Below, piece after piece: positions 1 to 9,774 of a DNA stretch of 64,000 nt. The stretch is from Nitrosopumilus sp. (GTDB taxonomy: Archaea > Thermoproteota > Nitrososphaeria > Nitrososphaerales > Nitrosopumilaceae): the NCBI GenBank assembly GCA_965205215.1, contig OZ242041.1:1472001-1536000 (forward strand), written 5' to 3'. The position numbers and the translations under genes are program-made. The first letter of the stretch is position 1. Each line of letters opens with the position of its first letter. The notes under the pieces were generated by a model, which was given only the letters and a program-made list of their open reading frames with translations, ran no database searches and was not told the origin of the DNA.

Positions 1-2173
1 CCCTTTGCAATACCTCTATCAGAAGCCGAGTCGCGTCGTACGCGTGGTACGAGTAGATGTTTGCGCCCGGAGCCTCGGAAGCTATGCGCGCGTTTAGCGC
101 GTTGGGTTCATGCTTGACGGTCACCGACGTGTATCCGACCCTCTCGATCCATTGTGTGATGCCTGCGTTGTCGGCCTGCGACCTGATGTTAATCCCGTAC
201 CACCTGCCTTCCTGCAGGCGTGGGTCGGATGCGGCGGACCTGACTATGTCGTCTTCCTCCCCAAAGGACAACAACATCACCGCCGTGCTGGGCGCGTCCC
301 CTGCGCCCGCAGCGCCAAGCGCGTCGGCGAGGCGGTCCGTCACTGTAGAATAGTCAGCGGTACCGGGCGCGTACGCGACGCCGTCAATCAGCGCGATGCC
401 GGTACGCTCTGCAACGATGTCGTACATGGACGCGCTGGTTATCCTGCCCCATGCGTCGTCCCTGTGCACGACTATGAGGTTCTCGATTCCGTCTTGTGCC
501 ATTATCTCTGCGTATACCTTTGAGGTGGCCGTGTTGTCTGGCAGTACGCGGAATATGTTGTCGTCCGGGGTGCTGAACTCGGGTGAGCCCGACCCATAGC
601 TTACGGCTATGATGTTGCCGCTGCTGAGCGCCGCTATGCTCCCGACTCCCCCGCTGTACGCGGGCCCGACTATCGCGTTTGAGCCGAGTGCCTCGAGGGC
701 TCTTGCCTGCTGTGCGGTGCGTGACGGATCGGTGCCGTCGTCGCGCTTTATCAGGTCTATCCTGTAGTCGGTCCCGGCCCTGAACTGCTCTATGTTAAAG
801 TCGGACACGGCGAGGCTTATGGCGGCGCTTGCGGGCTCCATCACCCATGCAAGCTCTCCGGTCTCCGACACGATTGCGCCAAGCTTCCGCCTCTCCGGCT
901 CCGAGAACGGGGCGAGCTCAGTTATGCCGTGGTGGTCTGGATCATACTCTTGCGTGATGACGAATTTGCCGTTTCTTATCTCCGATATGTGGACGTCCCT
1001 CTCTGCAGCGTCGCCGTACTCATCGAAATTCGCGTCTATGCCGCGCGCAGACACGGGCGAATAGTCCTGGGCGGCCCGATCCATGTTCTGCCTTATGGTG
1101 GCCGTGTCAGTGGCCGAGCCTGCGCTGTCGATGGCCCTTCCTAGTATCTGGACTGTAGAGTACGCGTCGTACGTCAGGGCCGCCAAGGCATGGCCCAGCA
1201 GGCTGTCGAGGCGTATGTTAAGCTCGTTTTCGTGTATGCCCGTCTCGATTCCCCTGTAGCCGGTCTTTTCCATGAACTGCAGCACCCTTTTGCTGCCTTC
1301 GATGCCGGGCTGCAGTGTTCCGGTTCCGTAGAACGTGGTCTTGCCTATGGCCGAGTCGTCCCTCGTGTCCAGGCCTGCCATTATCCCGAGTACCCCCGCG
1401 CTGGAGGGAATCCCGGTGACAAAGATTCCGACGTTCTCGTGGTTGTCGGTACTTTGGAGTATCTGGATCATCTCGCCCCGTATCCTCCCGGCGTCGCCTG
1501 CTATGCTGTTGCCAAACTTGATAGAACCCAGCATGGACATGCCGTCCACGTCCTCGATCATCCTGTATATTGTCGAGTTGAATGTCTGTCCCACCCGAAA
1601 GTCCAGGAACAGGTTGATGATCTCGGTCTTGCCGTCCTGCTGCATTACGTTTACGAACGCGTCTGCCACGTTGTTGTACGCGGAGGCCGTCCTGAATATG
1701 TTGTCGCGCAGGGAGAGATCCGGCAGTCCGGAGCTGGATGTGACTACTATCATGTTGTTCTGATGTATTGTGCGGTATGCGTCAGCGACCCCCGCGTCGC
1801 CTATGAATCCGGCCACCGCCTTTATCCCCTTTGCGTTCAGGCCGTTGATTGCACCCGTCGTGTCGCGGGCGTCACGTATCGTGACAAATTCTGCTGCCAG
1901 CCGCCAGTCTCGTCCATCTCTGGCCAGTTTCTTGTTAAAGTCCTCCAGCGCGATCTCGAATGTGAGCTCCATTCTCTCGGCTACGTCCGGATTGTCTTGG
2001 ATTACGATTATGCCGATTGTCCTGATCTCGGGCTGCTGCTCTTGTGCATGCGCCACCTGCTCTGCCACATGCGGCAGTGCTCCTGCCGCGGCCAGAATCA
2101 AGGCGGTTGCGGCAACTGCTGCCACGGCCGGCACCGCGTATCGGGGGTTGCTATGTTTCAAACCCACATCCAT
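1..2173 (-). CDS. Exported protein with at least two tandem type-1 periplasmic-binding (LivJ/ANF-receptor-like) domains; 3' end runs off the window
   Basis: Not in the ORF track; translated by hand from ATG 2173. MDVGLKHSNPRYAVPAVAAVAATALILAAAG signal peptide; domain 1 RTIGII..IALEDFN..DNIFRTAS..YDAYSTV; domain 2 KLGAIVSETG..LAVSDFN..AIVGPAYSG..DNIFRVLPD..RDDAWG..YHAYDA. Confidence 0.85.
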   Translation of the reverse strand, partial: MDVGLKHSNPRYAVPAVAAVAATALILAAAGALPHVAEQVAHAQEQQPEIRTIGIIVIQDNPDVAERMELTFEIALEDFNKKLARDGRDWRLAAEFVTIRDARDTTGAINGLNAKGIKAVAGFIGDAGVADAYRTIHQNNMIVVTSSSGLPDLSLRDNIFRTASAYNNVADAFVNVMQQDGKTEIINLFLDFRVGQTFNSTIYRMIEDVDGMSMLGSIKFGNSIAGDAGRIRGEMIQILQSTDNHENVGIFVTGIPSSAGVLGIMAGLDTRDDSAIGKTTFYGTGTLQPGIEGSKRVLQFMEKTGYRGIETGIHENELNIRLDSLLGHALAALTYDAYSTVQILGRAIDSAGSATDTATIRQNMDRAAQDYSPVSARGIDANFDEYGDAAERDVHISEIRNGKFVITQEYDPDHHGITELAPFSEPERRKLGAIVSETGELAWVMEPASAAISLAVSDFNIEQFRAGTDYRIDLIKRDDGTDPSRTAQQARALEALGSNAIVGPAYSGGVGSIAALSSGNIIAVSYGSGSPEFSTPDDNIFRVLPDNTATSKVYAEIMAQDGIENLIVVHRDDAWGRITSASMYDIVAERTGIALIDGVAYAPGTADYSTVTDRLADALGAAGAGDAPSTAVMLLSFGEEDDIVRSAASDPRLQEGRWYGINIRSQADNAGITQWIERVGYTSVTVKHEPNALNARIASEAPGANIYSYHAYDATRLLIEVLQR

Positions 2174-2434
2174 CTATGTGGCCCTGTCGGAATAGCCTAA
2201 TAGCATTTATTATCCTTCGGGTATGCGTTCGGGCCGACTGAAATTTTATACCCGTAGTTACGGTATGCACGATACTCGGGAGCTGATCTAGAATCGGCCT
2301 GTGTGTGCCCTTCCAGTTCTGCCTGGGTTCCCTAGCCGGACGGAGGTTCCGGCGGTGGTCTTGGGAGGGGCATTGGAGCTAGCTGCGGGGCTGTAGATGC
2401 ACACCATCTCATCTCGAGTCACCTCTGGATTACT

Positions 2435-3394
2435 TTGCCGCCGCTGCCGCCGCCGGTTCGGCAACGGTTTATGTGCGGCCCGCACGCGCGCGGCGTCGTG
2501 GATCTTCTTTCTTCTACCTCGGCGCTGGTACTGCTGTGGTCCGACGGCAGGGCGCACACGAGCGCTCCGGCCCAGAGGTTCCTCAGCATGCTGGACTTGG
2601 GCCTGGGCGAGGGCATCATGAGGGAGTGCGACCAGTTCTGGCCGCACTATCCGGAGGTGATAAAGAACAGAAAGTCATGCGTACTCGACCTCGCGCTGGA
2701 CTGCGTCGAAAACGACGGCACGCGGCAGGTGGTGATACTGGGGGCCGGCATGGACGCCCTGTCAATAGAGCTCTGTTCGCGACTCGACTGCGTGGTCTTT
2801 GACGTCGACTCTGCAGGCATGGGCCGCAAGGAGCAGCTTGCCGGCCCACTTGCGCGGGATCTGCGCGGCACCCTGAGGTGCGTCACCGCCGACGCGTCAA
2901 GGCGCGCGTCCGTGATGTCCGGACTGGCCGGGGCTGGGTGGATCCGGGACGAGCCGTCGCTGCTGGTGGTGGAGGGGCTGTCGTATTATCTGACTGCCGG
3001 GGATCTCTGGGGGCTTGCATCGGGATTCGCCACCGCGCACCGCGGCAACAGGATGATCCTGGAATATCTTCTTCCCACCTCCGACATACCCGAGGATCTC
3101 AGGCCGGTGGCGAGCCGCCCGTTTGACCTCATTGTAAAGGAGGCGTACGAGTCGGTCATACCTCTGGCCGCGTTTCCGATGCCGCACCATCCGCCCGGCC
3201 TGACGGCCGAAGACTCGCTGTGGGCCTTTACGACGCGGTACGGCCCCGGTGACATCGAGGCGCGCGCGGCCGGACTGGGTGGGGCCATTTTGTCGCGCCA
3301 CGATATGAGATCGATGGAGATGAGGAGGACCGGGAACAACGCGGTATTTGGCGAGCGGAGCGGGTGGATAGAGGTCTGCAAGATCGCCCTGTGA
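2435..3394 (+). CDS. Class I SAM-dependent methyltransferase, leucine carboxyl methyltransferase (LCM)-like
   Basis: QVVILGAGMD, VFDVD, VTADA, VVEGLSYYL motifs; start uncertain (2435 or ATG 2471). Confidence 0.8.
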   Translation: MPPLPPPVRQRFMCGPHARGVVDLLSSTSALVLLWSDGRAHTSAPAQRFLSMLDLGLGEGIMRECDQFWPHYPEVIKNRKSCVLDLALDCVENDGTRQVVILGAGMDALSIELCSRLDCVVFDVDSAGMGRKEQLAGPLARDLRGTLRCVTADASRRASVMSGLAGAGWIRDEPSLLVVEGLSYYLTAGDLWGLASGFATAHRGNRMILEYLLPTSDIPEDLRPVASRPFDLIVKEAYESVIPLAAFPMPHHPPGLTAEDSLWAFTTRYGPGDIEARAAGLGGAILSRHDMRSMEMRRTGNNAVFGERSGWIEVCKIAL

Positions 3395-3733
3395 CGCGGG
3401 GCTCCATACGCGCAACCTGTGATTTTGCGCCGCGTGTGTCGTCGGTTATGTGGGGATCTCGCGCCCTAGGGGCCGGCAGTCTATGCGACTCTTGCTTGGA
3501 TTCTTTTTCAACCGATGTGCGCGCCCTGCCGCAACCGGCATGTCACCTGCTCGATATCCGCCTTTTTCGAACCGCCACCGCGTTGCATTGCCGGTACCGT
3601 GCTGCAGGTGCGGGGGAGTGTGGGGGGGGGGGACGGACATCGTTTTGGAGGAAAATCTAGAGGCGCAAACCTGCCCAATACCACCAAACCCCCGGTCAGG
3701 CCACTTTAAATCGCCGGGCGTCCCCGTACGCGT

Positions 3734-3958
3734 GTGACCGGCCCTTTCCCCGTCAGGGATCAGATACGCAAAGGCTGCAGGGTAGGAATCGAGACAAAGG
3801 CCGATCAGGGCACCGGCCGGCTGATGGATGGGACAGTAAGGGAGATCCTGACGTCCTCAAAATTCCACCCCCATGGCATCAAAGTCAGGCTGGAAGACGG
3901 CCGCGTCGGGAGGGTCAAAGAACTGAGGACGTCTGGGATTCCCGATACAAGTGACTAA
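3734..3958 (+). CDS. YwbE family (DUF2196) small protein
   Basis: K.DQ.TG.L..G.V.EILT.S..HPHGIKVRLEDGRVGRVK signature; TTTAAA about 25 nt upstream. Confidence 0.9.
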   Translation: MTGPFPVRDQIRKGCRVGIETKADQGTGRLMDGTVREILTSSKFHPHGIKVRLEDGRVGRVKELRTSGIPDTSD

Positions 3959-4184
3959 TTGCCGGTCGGCACCAAAAAAAAAGGAGCAAGGAATATGTTG
4001 CAAGAGAGATTGTTGGCGTATTCTCTAGTGCCGGCAGTAAGTAGGTTCTTGGTCCTCGTGCGTTGATATGGGGCTTGGTTGTCTTGCAGAAATTACAATG
4101 CATATCTGAGGAGACTAAACCCGCTAGGGATGCCCAATAGATATGACCGAATAAAAAAGTTGGAATTGCCAGTTCTTGCCACAT
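3915..4184 (-). CDS. Hypothetical small protein with CxxC
   Basis: ATG 4 nt after the stop of the YCII-like gene; HCNFCK; 3' end overlaps the YwbE gene, so length is doubtful. Confidence 0.35.
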   Translation of the reverse strand: MWQELAIPTFLFGHIYWASLAGLVSSDMHCNFCKTTKPHINARGPRTYLLPALENTPTISLATYSLLLFFWCRPAISHLYRESQTSSVL

Positions 4185-4187
4185 TGA

Positions 4188-4502
4188 CTAATACAGATCC
4201 TGCCTTGCCATGACAGAAAGAATTGGCATCGCGTCCCACCTGTACATCTCAGACACAAGGAATCCAGAACAGATATTTTTCCACTGTTGAAACAATTCCT
4301 GCGCTTCTTTTGTGCTTGCCGCAACGACTGTCATCGATGATGTTTTGTTGTCAAACGGGCCTGACAGCATTATTCTGCCCTTGGAGTGCCAGTCGTCCAC
4401 AAGCGACGTAATTCTGGATATGATGGTCGGAATCTCGTCGGCCTTTGCGTCCTGATCCATGTTGCTGACCATGACCCAAAGATGGGTCACTTCGCCACTC
4501 AT
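4188..4502 (-). CDS. YCII/YciI-related dimeric alpha-beta barrel protein
   Basis: GRIMLSGPF...SSMTVVAASTKEA pattern; 104 aa. Confidence 0.65.
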   Translation of the reverse strand: MSGEVTHLWVMVSNMDQDAKADEIPTIISRITSLVDDWHSKGRIMLSGPFDNKTSSMTVVAASTKEAQELFQQWKNICSGFLVSEMYRWDAMPILSVMARQDLY

Positions 4503-4861
4503 GTTATGTCAAATCTGTAATTGTCTTTTAAAGGTGGTGAGTGTCTTACGGTTATGTTGCGACAACATGATTTATGATTTTGGTTTATGATACTATACTT
4601 CAGCTCACGGCGCCGTATCCAGAACGCAAGATGACTTGATCAGACGTCTCCAAGTCCCGCCTGTTTGGTGCGTGGATAGTCAAAAGGCTTGGCCTTCTGG
4701 TCATACGCGCGGTACTCTGCGGCATGTAAGGTGCGCGTGCCAATACACGTGATGTCGGGGTGGCCTGTGGTGACCGGGGCGCGTTGCTGCCGGTGGTGGT
4801 GGTGGCACCGCGTGTGCGACATGACGTGATGGTGCCGGCCCGTCCGCCATCTGCCCGTCGG

Positions 4862-7246
4862 TCAGGCCCTGCCGCCGGCGCCTGCCTGCGAGCCGTCGGT
4901 CCCTCTTGCCTGCCTTCTTGACTGCCTCATGGCCGCAATCGCCCTCTCCCTTCTGGGCCTGACTATCAGTATGTATACGGACGCAACCATGTATACGCCG
5001 AGCAGAACGACCTGCCCTATCACCGTCTCAAGGGTCGGGTATATGCCGGTCATAGTGGCCATGTTGATGTCGAGGCGCGGTATTGTTCCAATCATGCTTG
5101 TGTACGGCACGATGTCGAGCACCTGCAGCTCCCTTATCGCGTTTCCCAAGAAGGCGATTGAGAGGTACGCGCCTATTCCCATCGTAAGCCCGAACAGCAC
5201 GCGCAGCGGGAGCCGCTTGCCCATCATCCTCATTACAAAGTATATGGCAAGAAGGGATCCAATGCCCAGGACGAACCCGAGCCCGACGTACATCTCCATA
5301 TACTTGGCAAAGCCGAACATCGCCTGGTAGAACAGCACCGTCTCAAAGCCCTCCCTGTACACGGTGAAGAAGGAGAGCATTACGAAGACCATCACGCTGC
5401 CCGTGGTGGTGGCCTGCCAGACCTTTGCCTTTACAAACTCCATCCATTTTTTATGCTCTATCTTGTTGAGTATCCAGAAGCTGACATAGAACAGTACGGC
5501 GGTGGCCGACAGCGCAGCAATGGCCTCTATCAGCTCGCGGCTGGCCCCCGATATCTCTATCACGTACGACGCCACAAACCACGTGGCCGCGGTCGCCCCG
5601 ATTGCGGCGACCACGCCGTAGTGTACGTAGGGTTTGAAGCGGCTGTTGCGCGACGCTTCCAGATAGGTCATTATGGCCCCCAGTATCAGGACCGCCTCCA
5701 GCCCTTCGCGGAATATTATGGCAAACGACGCGGAGAACGCAATCAGCGGGGCGACTTGTCCCGTGCCCGTCACGAGCCTTTCGGACTCGTCGAGGTTGCG
5801 GTCTATCTGCGCGACAAGCGAGCGCACCTCGTGGACGGGCGCCTCCTTCTTTATGGCGCTGCGCAGCTCGGCAAACAGGTACTCTACCTCTAGCGTAAAG
5901 TCCGGGGCTATGGGCCGTAGCGGTATCTCGACGTACTCGTAGCTGTCAAGGTATGCCGTGCGGGCGGTCGCATACGCCGACTCGTAGTCACCCGACTCGT
6001 AGAGTATGATCATGTCCTGCAGGCTGTCCCTGATAAAGTCGATCTCGGTGCGGACCTCGGACTGCTCGGACTCTGTGGTGTCTCCCATCGCCCTTAGCTC
6101 CATGCCCGTGTCTGCCAGCGCGACTCCTGACTGGGCCGCGGCTGACTGCTCACCCAGGTACTCGATGGCAATGGACTCGCCCTGGTCCAGCTTTGGCAGT
6201 ATCGTGCCGTCGAGAAGCTCCAGTATGTCCTCTGCCGGCTCTTCTTCGCGTATCATGTCGCGAAGATCCTCGCGCATCTCTATCTCGAGCGCGTACATAA
6301 ACTCGGCATCGGCGGCCTCCAGGGTGGGCTCGAGATACTCAAAGTTCTCCAGGTATGCCTCTATGGCGTACTCTTGGGCCGCATCGTAGTCGCCCTCGCC
6401 AAGGGAGGCGCGCATGTCCGCATACAGGTTGCGTATGTTCTCAAAGTATATCGCGTGGTCGCGCGCCTCTGTGGTTTCTGTCCCGAGCAGGTCGCGCTGT
6501 ATCGCGCTGACTATGGTGCCCACCGTCACAAAGCTGTCCCTTTCATCCACGGCCCTGACCAGGTCGCGAAAGAAGGACTGCTGCTCCAAGTCGAGCATGA
6601 CAGTCGTATCCGCGTCGCGCGCAAACATCTCAGAGGACTGCCTGAACAGGATCTGAGATATCATGTATGCGGCCTCGTTTTCCCGTGCGCCCTCGCCGGC
6701 CTCGAGGTACTGCTCCTCGGCGACGGTGAGCATATAGATGACTGACGCTCGTGGATCGGCCGCTCCCTGCATGTCAAACTGTTCAAGATCGTCTATCGTC
6801 TTGGATATGACGCCGGCGCTCTGCTCGGCCGGGGCGTCGCTTATGGTTGCCCCTATGTCGAGCAGCGCGACGTGCACTTCGTCAGCCGCGTCGCGGTCTA
6901 TGCTCCGGAACGATTCAAGGCCCCGGGCAAACTGTCCCGATGCAAGCTGCGCCGCATGCGCAGCCCCTTCCAAGTCCCCCGCGCCAAGCAGCTCGTGTGC
7001 GACGTCGAGTCCGGCGTCCACCGTATAAAACGCGGCGGGCGTTGGCTGCGCGACGGCTCCGATGTCGGCAACAGCCGAGTCGAGGTCCGTGGCATACACC
7101 TGTGTCCAGAAGTGGGTGGGATCCGCGGAGTCGCTGGATATGGCCGCAATAGGCGTGATAACAAGCAAAAGCGGCAGGGCCAAAAGCACAGGCGTCGGAG
7201 AGAATCGGACCGCAATCTTACGCTTGTCACGTCCTGAGCGCATCAA
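4862..7246 (-). CDS. FTR1 family iron permease with large extracytoplasmic helical N-terminal region
   Basis: Two REGxE motifs (IFREGLEA, VYREGFET); about 7 C-terminal TM helices; repeated AYLxxxEYxE helical units. Confidence 0.92.
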   Translation of the reverse strand: MMRSGRDKRKIAVRFSPTPVLLALPLLLVITPIAAISSDSADPTHFWTQVYATDLDSAVADIGAVAQPTPAAFYTVDAGLDVAHELLGAGDLEGAAHAAQLASGQFARGLESFRSIDRDAADEVHVALLDIGATISDAPAEQSAGVISKTIDDLEQFDMQGAADPRASVIYMLTVAEEQYLEAGEGARENEAAYMISQILFRQSSEMFARDADTTVMLDLEQQSFFRDLVRAVDERDSFVTVGTIVSAIQRDLLGTETTEARDHAIYFENIRNLYADMRASLGEGDYDAAQEYAIEAYLENFEYLEPTLEAADAEFMYALEIEMREDLRDMIREEEPAEDILELLDGTILPKLDQGESIAIEYLGEQSAAAQSGVALADTGMELRAMGDTTESEQSEVRTEIDFIRDSLQDMIILYESGDYESAYATARTAYLDSYEYVEIPLRPIAPDFTLEVEYLFAELRSAIKKEAPVHEVRSLVAQIDRNLDESERLVTGTGQVAPLIAFSASFAIIFREGLEAVLILGAIMTYLEASRNSRFKPYVHYGVVAAIGATAATWFVASYVIEISGASRELIEAIAALSATAVLFYVSFWILNKIEHKKWMEFVKAKVWQATTTGSVMVFVMLSFFTVYREGFETVLFYQAMFGFAKYMEMYVGLGFVLGIGSLLAIYFVMRMMGKRLPLRVLFGLTMGIGAYLSIAFLGNAIRELQVLDIVPYTSMIGTIPRLDINMATMTGIYPTLETVIGQVVLLGVYMVASVYILIVRPRRERAIAAMRQSRRQARGTDGSQAGAGGRA

Positions 7247-7467
7247 CGCACGCTATTCCCGTCAGATCAATTTAAACCCGAATCTCATTCTAAGACTATA
7301 GAAATTGAGACATCGCATGATTATGTAACTGTCACACCGTCGTACCGGGATTGTTCTGGGATAGTCTGGTATGGAGTGGTGGTGGTGGTGATGGGCAGCA
7401 TGTGAAGCCGTCGATGCGCTTGACCGCATACATAATCTAAAATAAAGAAATAAAGAATTTGGATGCT

Positions 7468-9249
7468 CTATACGGTTCGCGTCGGTAGTGTTGAGATGCT
7501 TGCAAAGCGGCGACTGCGCATGGAAAAGACCATCACCAGTGCAACTGCTGCTGCAAATACGACAGATGCCATGACCCCAAACTCTGGGACGACCACTGCC
7601 ACTGCCTCCATCTCTATCAGTATCGCGTCTATCTGGTCACTGACCTCTGATGCGGGAGCGCCCTGCTTTATCATGTTGCGCAGCTCTTCTCGCATCATCA
7701 CCTCGACCCTTTCCATAAGCTCCCTCTCGCCTGCCTCTATGAGCGGAGCCTCTAGAAACTCATAGTTGTTCAGGTACGCCTTTGTGACGTGGCTCAGGGC
7801 CAGATCAGAGTTGCCTGCATTGTACTCTTTGCGTGCCTCCTCAAGTAGCATGTTGATGTTGTTCACATACGTCAGAAGCGTGTCTTCCTCGCCGCCTGTT
7901 ACGCCGAGAATTTCGTTTATCTCTGCAAGCAGGTAGCTGGTGCGCTCGTCGATCTCCGACGGGTCGAGCCTGTCGTCGTACGCCTCGTTTATCTCGCCTA
8001 ACACCTCGACGAGCTCCTCGTAGCCGTCTCCGCTCAGATCATCCTCCGCCGTGCGCAGGATCTGCTCGGCCCGCCACACGAATGCGGATCCGTCCTGGAA
8101 CTCTGCCATTTCGGTTATCCTTCCGTCTGACACGGCCTCGCCGTACTCGGCAATGGACGTCTCAAGCAGGGTCGTCATGAGCATCAGCTTGAATCCGTAG
8201 TAGGAGCTGAGTTCCGCGCCGATAACGGCCATGCGGGCCTCCTCAACTGCCTCCTTTGCGTCGTCGATTGTGGACTGCGCCGCGCTCCGGCTCATCTCTG
8301 TACTTGCCTTGTCCCTTAGCTCGCCAAGCATGGTTCCGAACTTTCGGTCAAGCGCGGGATCGGCCGCGGCCAGCGTTGGTTTCATCGAGTCGTACAGTTC
8401 GGCCACCGGGTGCGTTGCATGCGTCATGGCAAGCTCTGTGTTGCCGGCGTCCAGGTTCTGCTCGAGCGCCCTGAAGTGCCCCAGCGTCTCCTCGAGTGCG
8501 GCTCCGAATTCGAGCCTTTCTGCAAGCTGCTCGTCAACTGCAACCTCGACCTGTCCGAGTACCGCGTCCGTAAGTCCGGACACCTCGGAGGGATCAAGCC
8601 TTGCGTCATACGCATCCCAGAGGCTTCCATATGACAGCTTCAGGTATCCATACGTCTCAGAGTCAAGTTCGGATTCCATGGTCTGCAGTATCTGCTGCGA
8701 GCGCCACACGAATGCGGATCCGTCCTGGAACTCTGCCATTTCGGTTATCCTTCCGTCTGACACGGCCTCGCCGTACTCGGCAATGGACGTCTCAAGCAGG
8801 GTCACCATGAGATTTAGCTTGAATGCGGGGTCGGAGCTGAGTTCCGCGCCGATAACGGCCATGCGGGCCTCCTCAACTGCCTCCTTTGCGTCGTCGATTG
8901 CGGACTGCGCCGCGCTCCGGCTCATCTCTGTACTTGCCTTGTCCCTTAGCTCGCCAAGCATGGTTCCGAACTTTCGGTCAAGCGCGGGATCGGCCGCGGC
9001 CAGCGTTGGTTTCATCGAGTCGTACAGTTCGGCCACCGGGTGCGTTGCATGCGTCATGGCAAGCTCTGTGTTGCCGGCGTCCAGGTTCTGCTCGAGCGCC
9101 CTGAAGTGCCCCAGCGTCTCCTCGAGTGCGGCTCCGAATTCGAGCTTTTCTGGCACACCAATCTCTGCGTATGCAATATTCGGGGACGCGGCGGCGAGCG
9201 CCACGGCCACTGTCAATATGGATGTCATTATTGCTGTTCTTCTAATCAT
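7468..9249 (-). CDS. PEFG-CTERM surface-anchored helical (putative iron-binding) protein with duplicated domain
   Basis: C-terminal VVPEFG + TM + basic tail; signal peptide from ATG 9249; EExxGH/HATHP/EFQD motifs twice; upstream of FTR1 on the same strand. Confidence 0.85.
   Translation of the reverse strand: MIRRTAIMTSILTVAVALAAASPNIAYAEIGVPEKLEFGAALEETLGHFRALEQNLDAGNTELAMTHATHPVAELYDSMKPTLAAADPALDRKFGTMLGELRDKASTEMSRSAAQSAIDDAKEAVEEARMAVIGAELSSDPAFKLNLMVTLLETSIAEYGEAVSDGRITEMAEFQDGSAFVWRSQQILQTMESELDSETYGYLKLSYGSLWDAYDARLDPSEVSGLTDAVLGQVEVAVDEQLAERLEFGAALEETLGHFRALEQNLDAGNTELAMTHATHPVAELYDSMKPTLAAADPALDRKFGTMLGELRDKASTEMSRSAAQSTIDDAKEAVEEARMAVIGAELSSYYGFKLMLMTTLLETSIAEYGEAVSDGRITEMAEFQDGSAFVWRAEQILRTAEDDLSGDGYEELVEVLGEINEAYDDRLDPSEIDERTSYLLAEINEILGVTGGEEDTLLTYVNNINMLLEEARKEYNAGNSDLALSHVTKAYLNNYEFLEAPLIEAGERELMERVEVMMREELRNMIKQGAPASEVSDQIDAILIEMEAVAVVVPEFGVMASVVFAAAVALVMVFSMRSRRFASISTLPTRTV
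8072..9145. repeat. Near-identical intragenic direct repeat (8072-8515 and 8702-9145, 630 bp offset)
   Basis: Two blocks of about 444 bp differing at only a few positions. Confidence 0.95.
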
Positions 9250-9774
9250 TAAACCCGACACGGGATGTTTTGTTATAAACAGTCCGTATACTTTATGGGT
9301 TTGATTTAGATTTCTAGAATTGGCCTTTATCGTTGCCAATGCCAATGATCCGAGTGTGGTGGTGACAGTGACAATCATCATCATCATGATGATGGTGATG
9401 ATGATAATGATGATGGAAGTGGTAGCGGTGACTATGCGCGACATGCGGCGCGCCTGTTCATACTCTGGACGCCCTAATTACTTTTTGAATACTTATAATG
9501 AACACTGGTCGCAATGCGGTGTGCTGTCATTGTTGCCGTCATATGATCTTGCATCCACGCGCGTGTCGGATGGTGCATTCTATTTGCACTATATGCACGA
9601 GTTTGAGAATAGCCTGAATTCTGAATGTGTGACTCATCACGTTGTAAGCGTGGGTCACATCCGTCTTTTTAGCGGTGATGCCTGCCCAACCCTGACCGTG
9701 ACACATACCACCACAATTCCAATCGTGGTGGCGGGAACTATGATGGAGAATGCAGAGGCATAAATGGTGATGGC

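Noticed and set aside
1190-2200. Long plus-strand ORFs (also 8231-9304, 30296-31285 and others)
   Set aside because: These are antisense shadows of real genes in high-GC DNA.
9250-9444. Ile/Met-rich N-terminal extension of the 658-aa ORF
   Set aside because: It is read-through of an (ATC/ATG)n microsatellite; the TATA box and signal peptide support ATG 9249.
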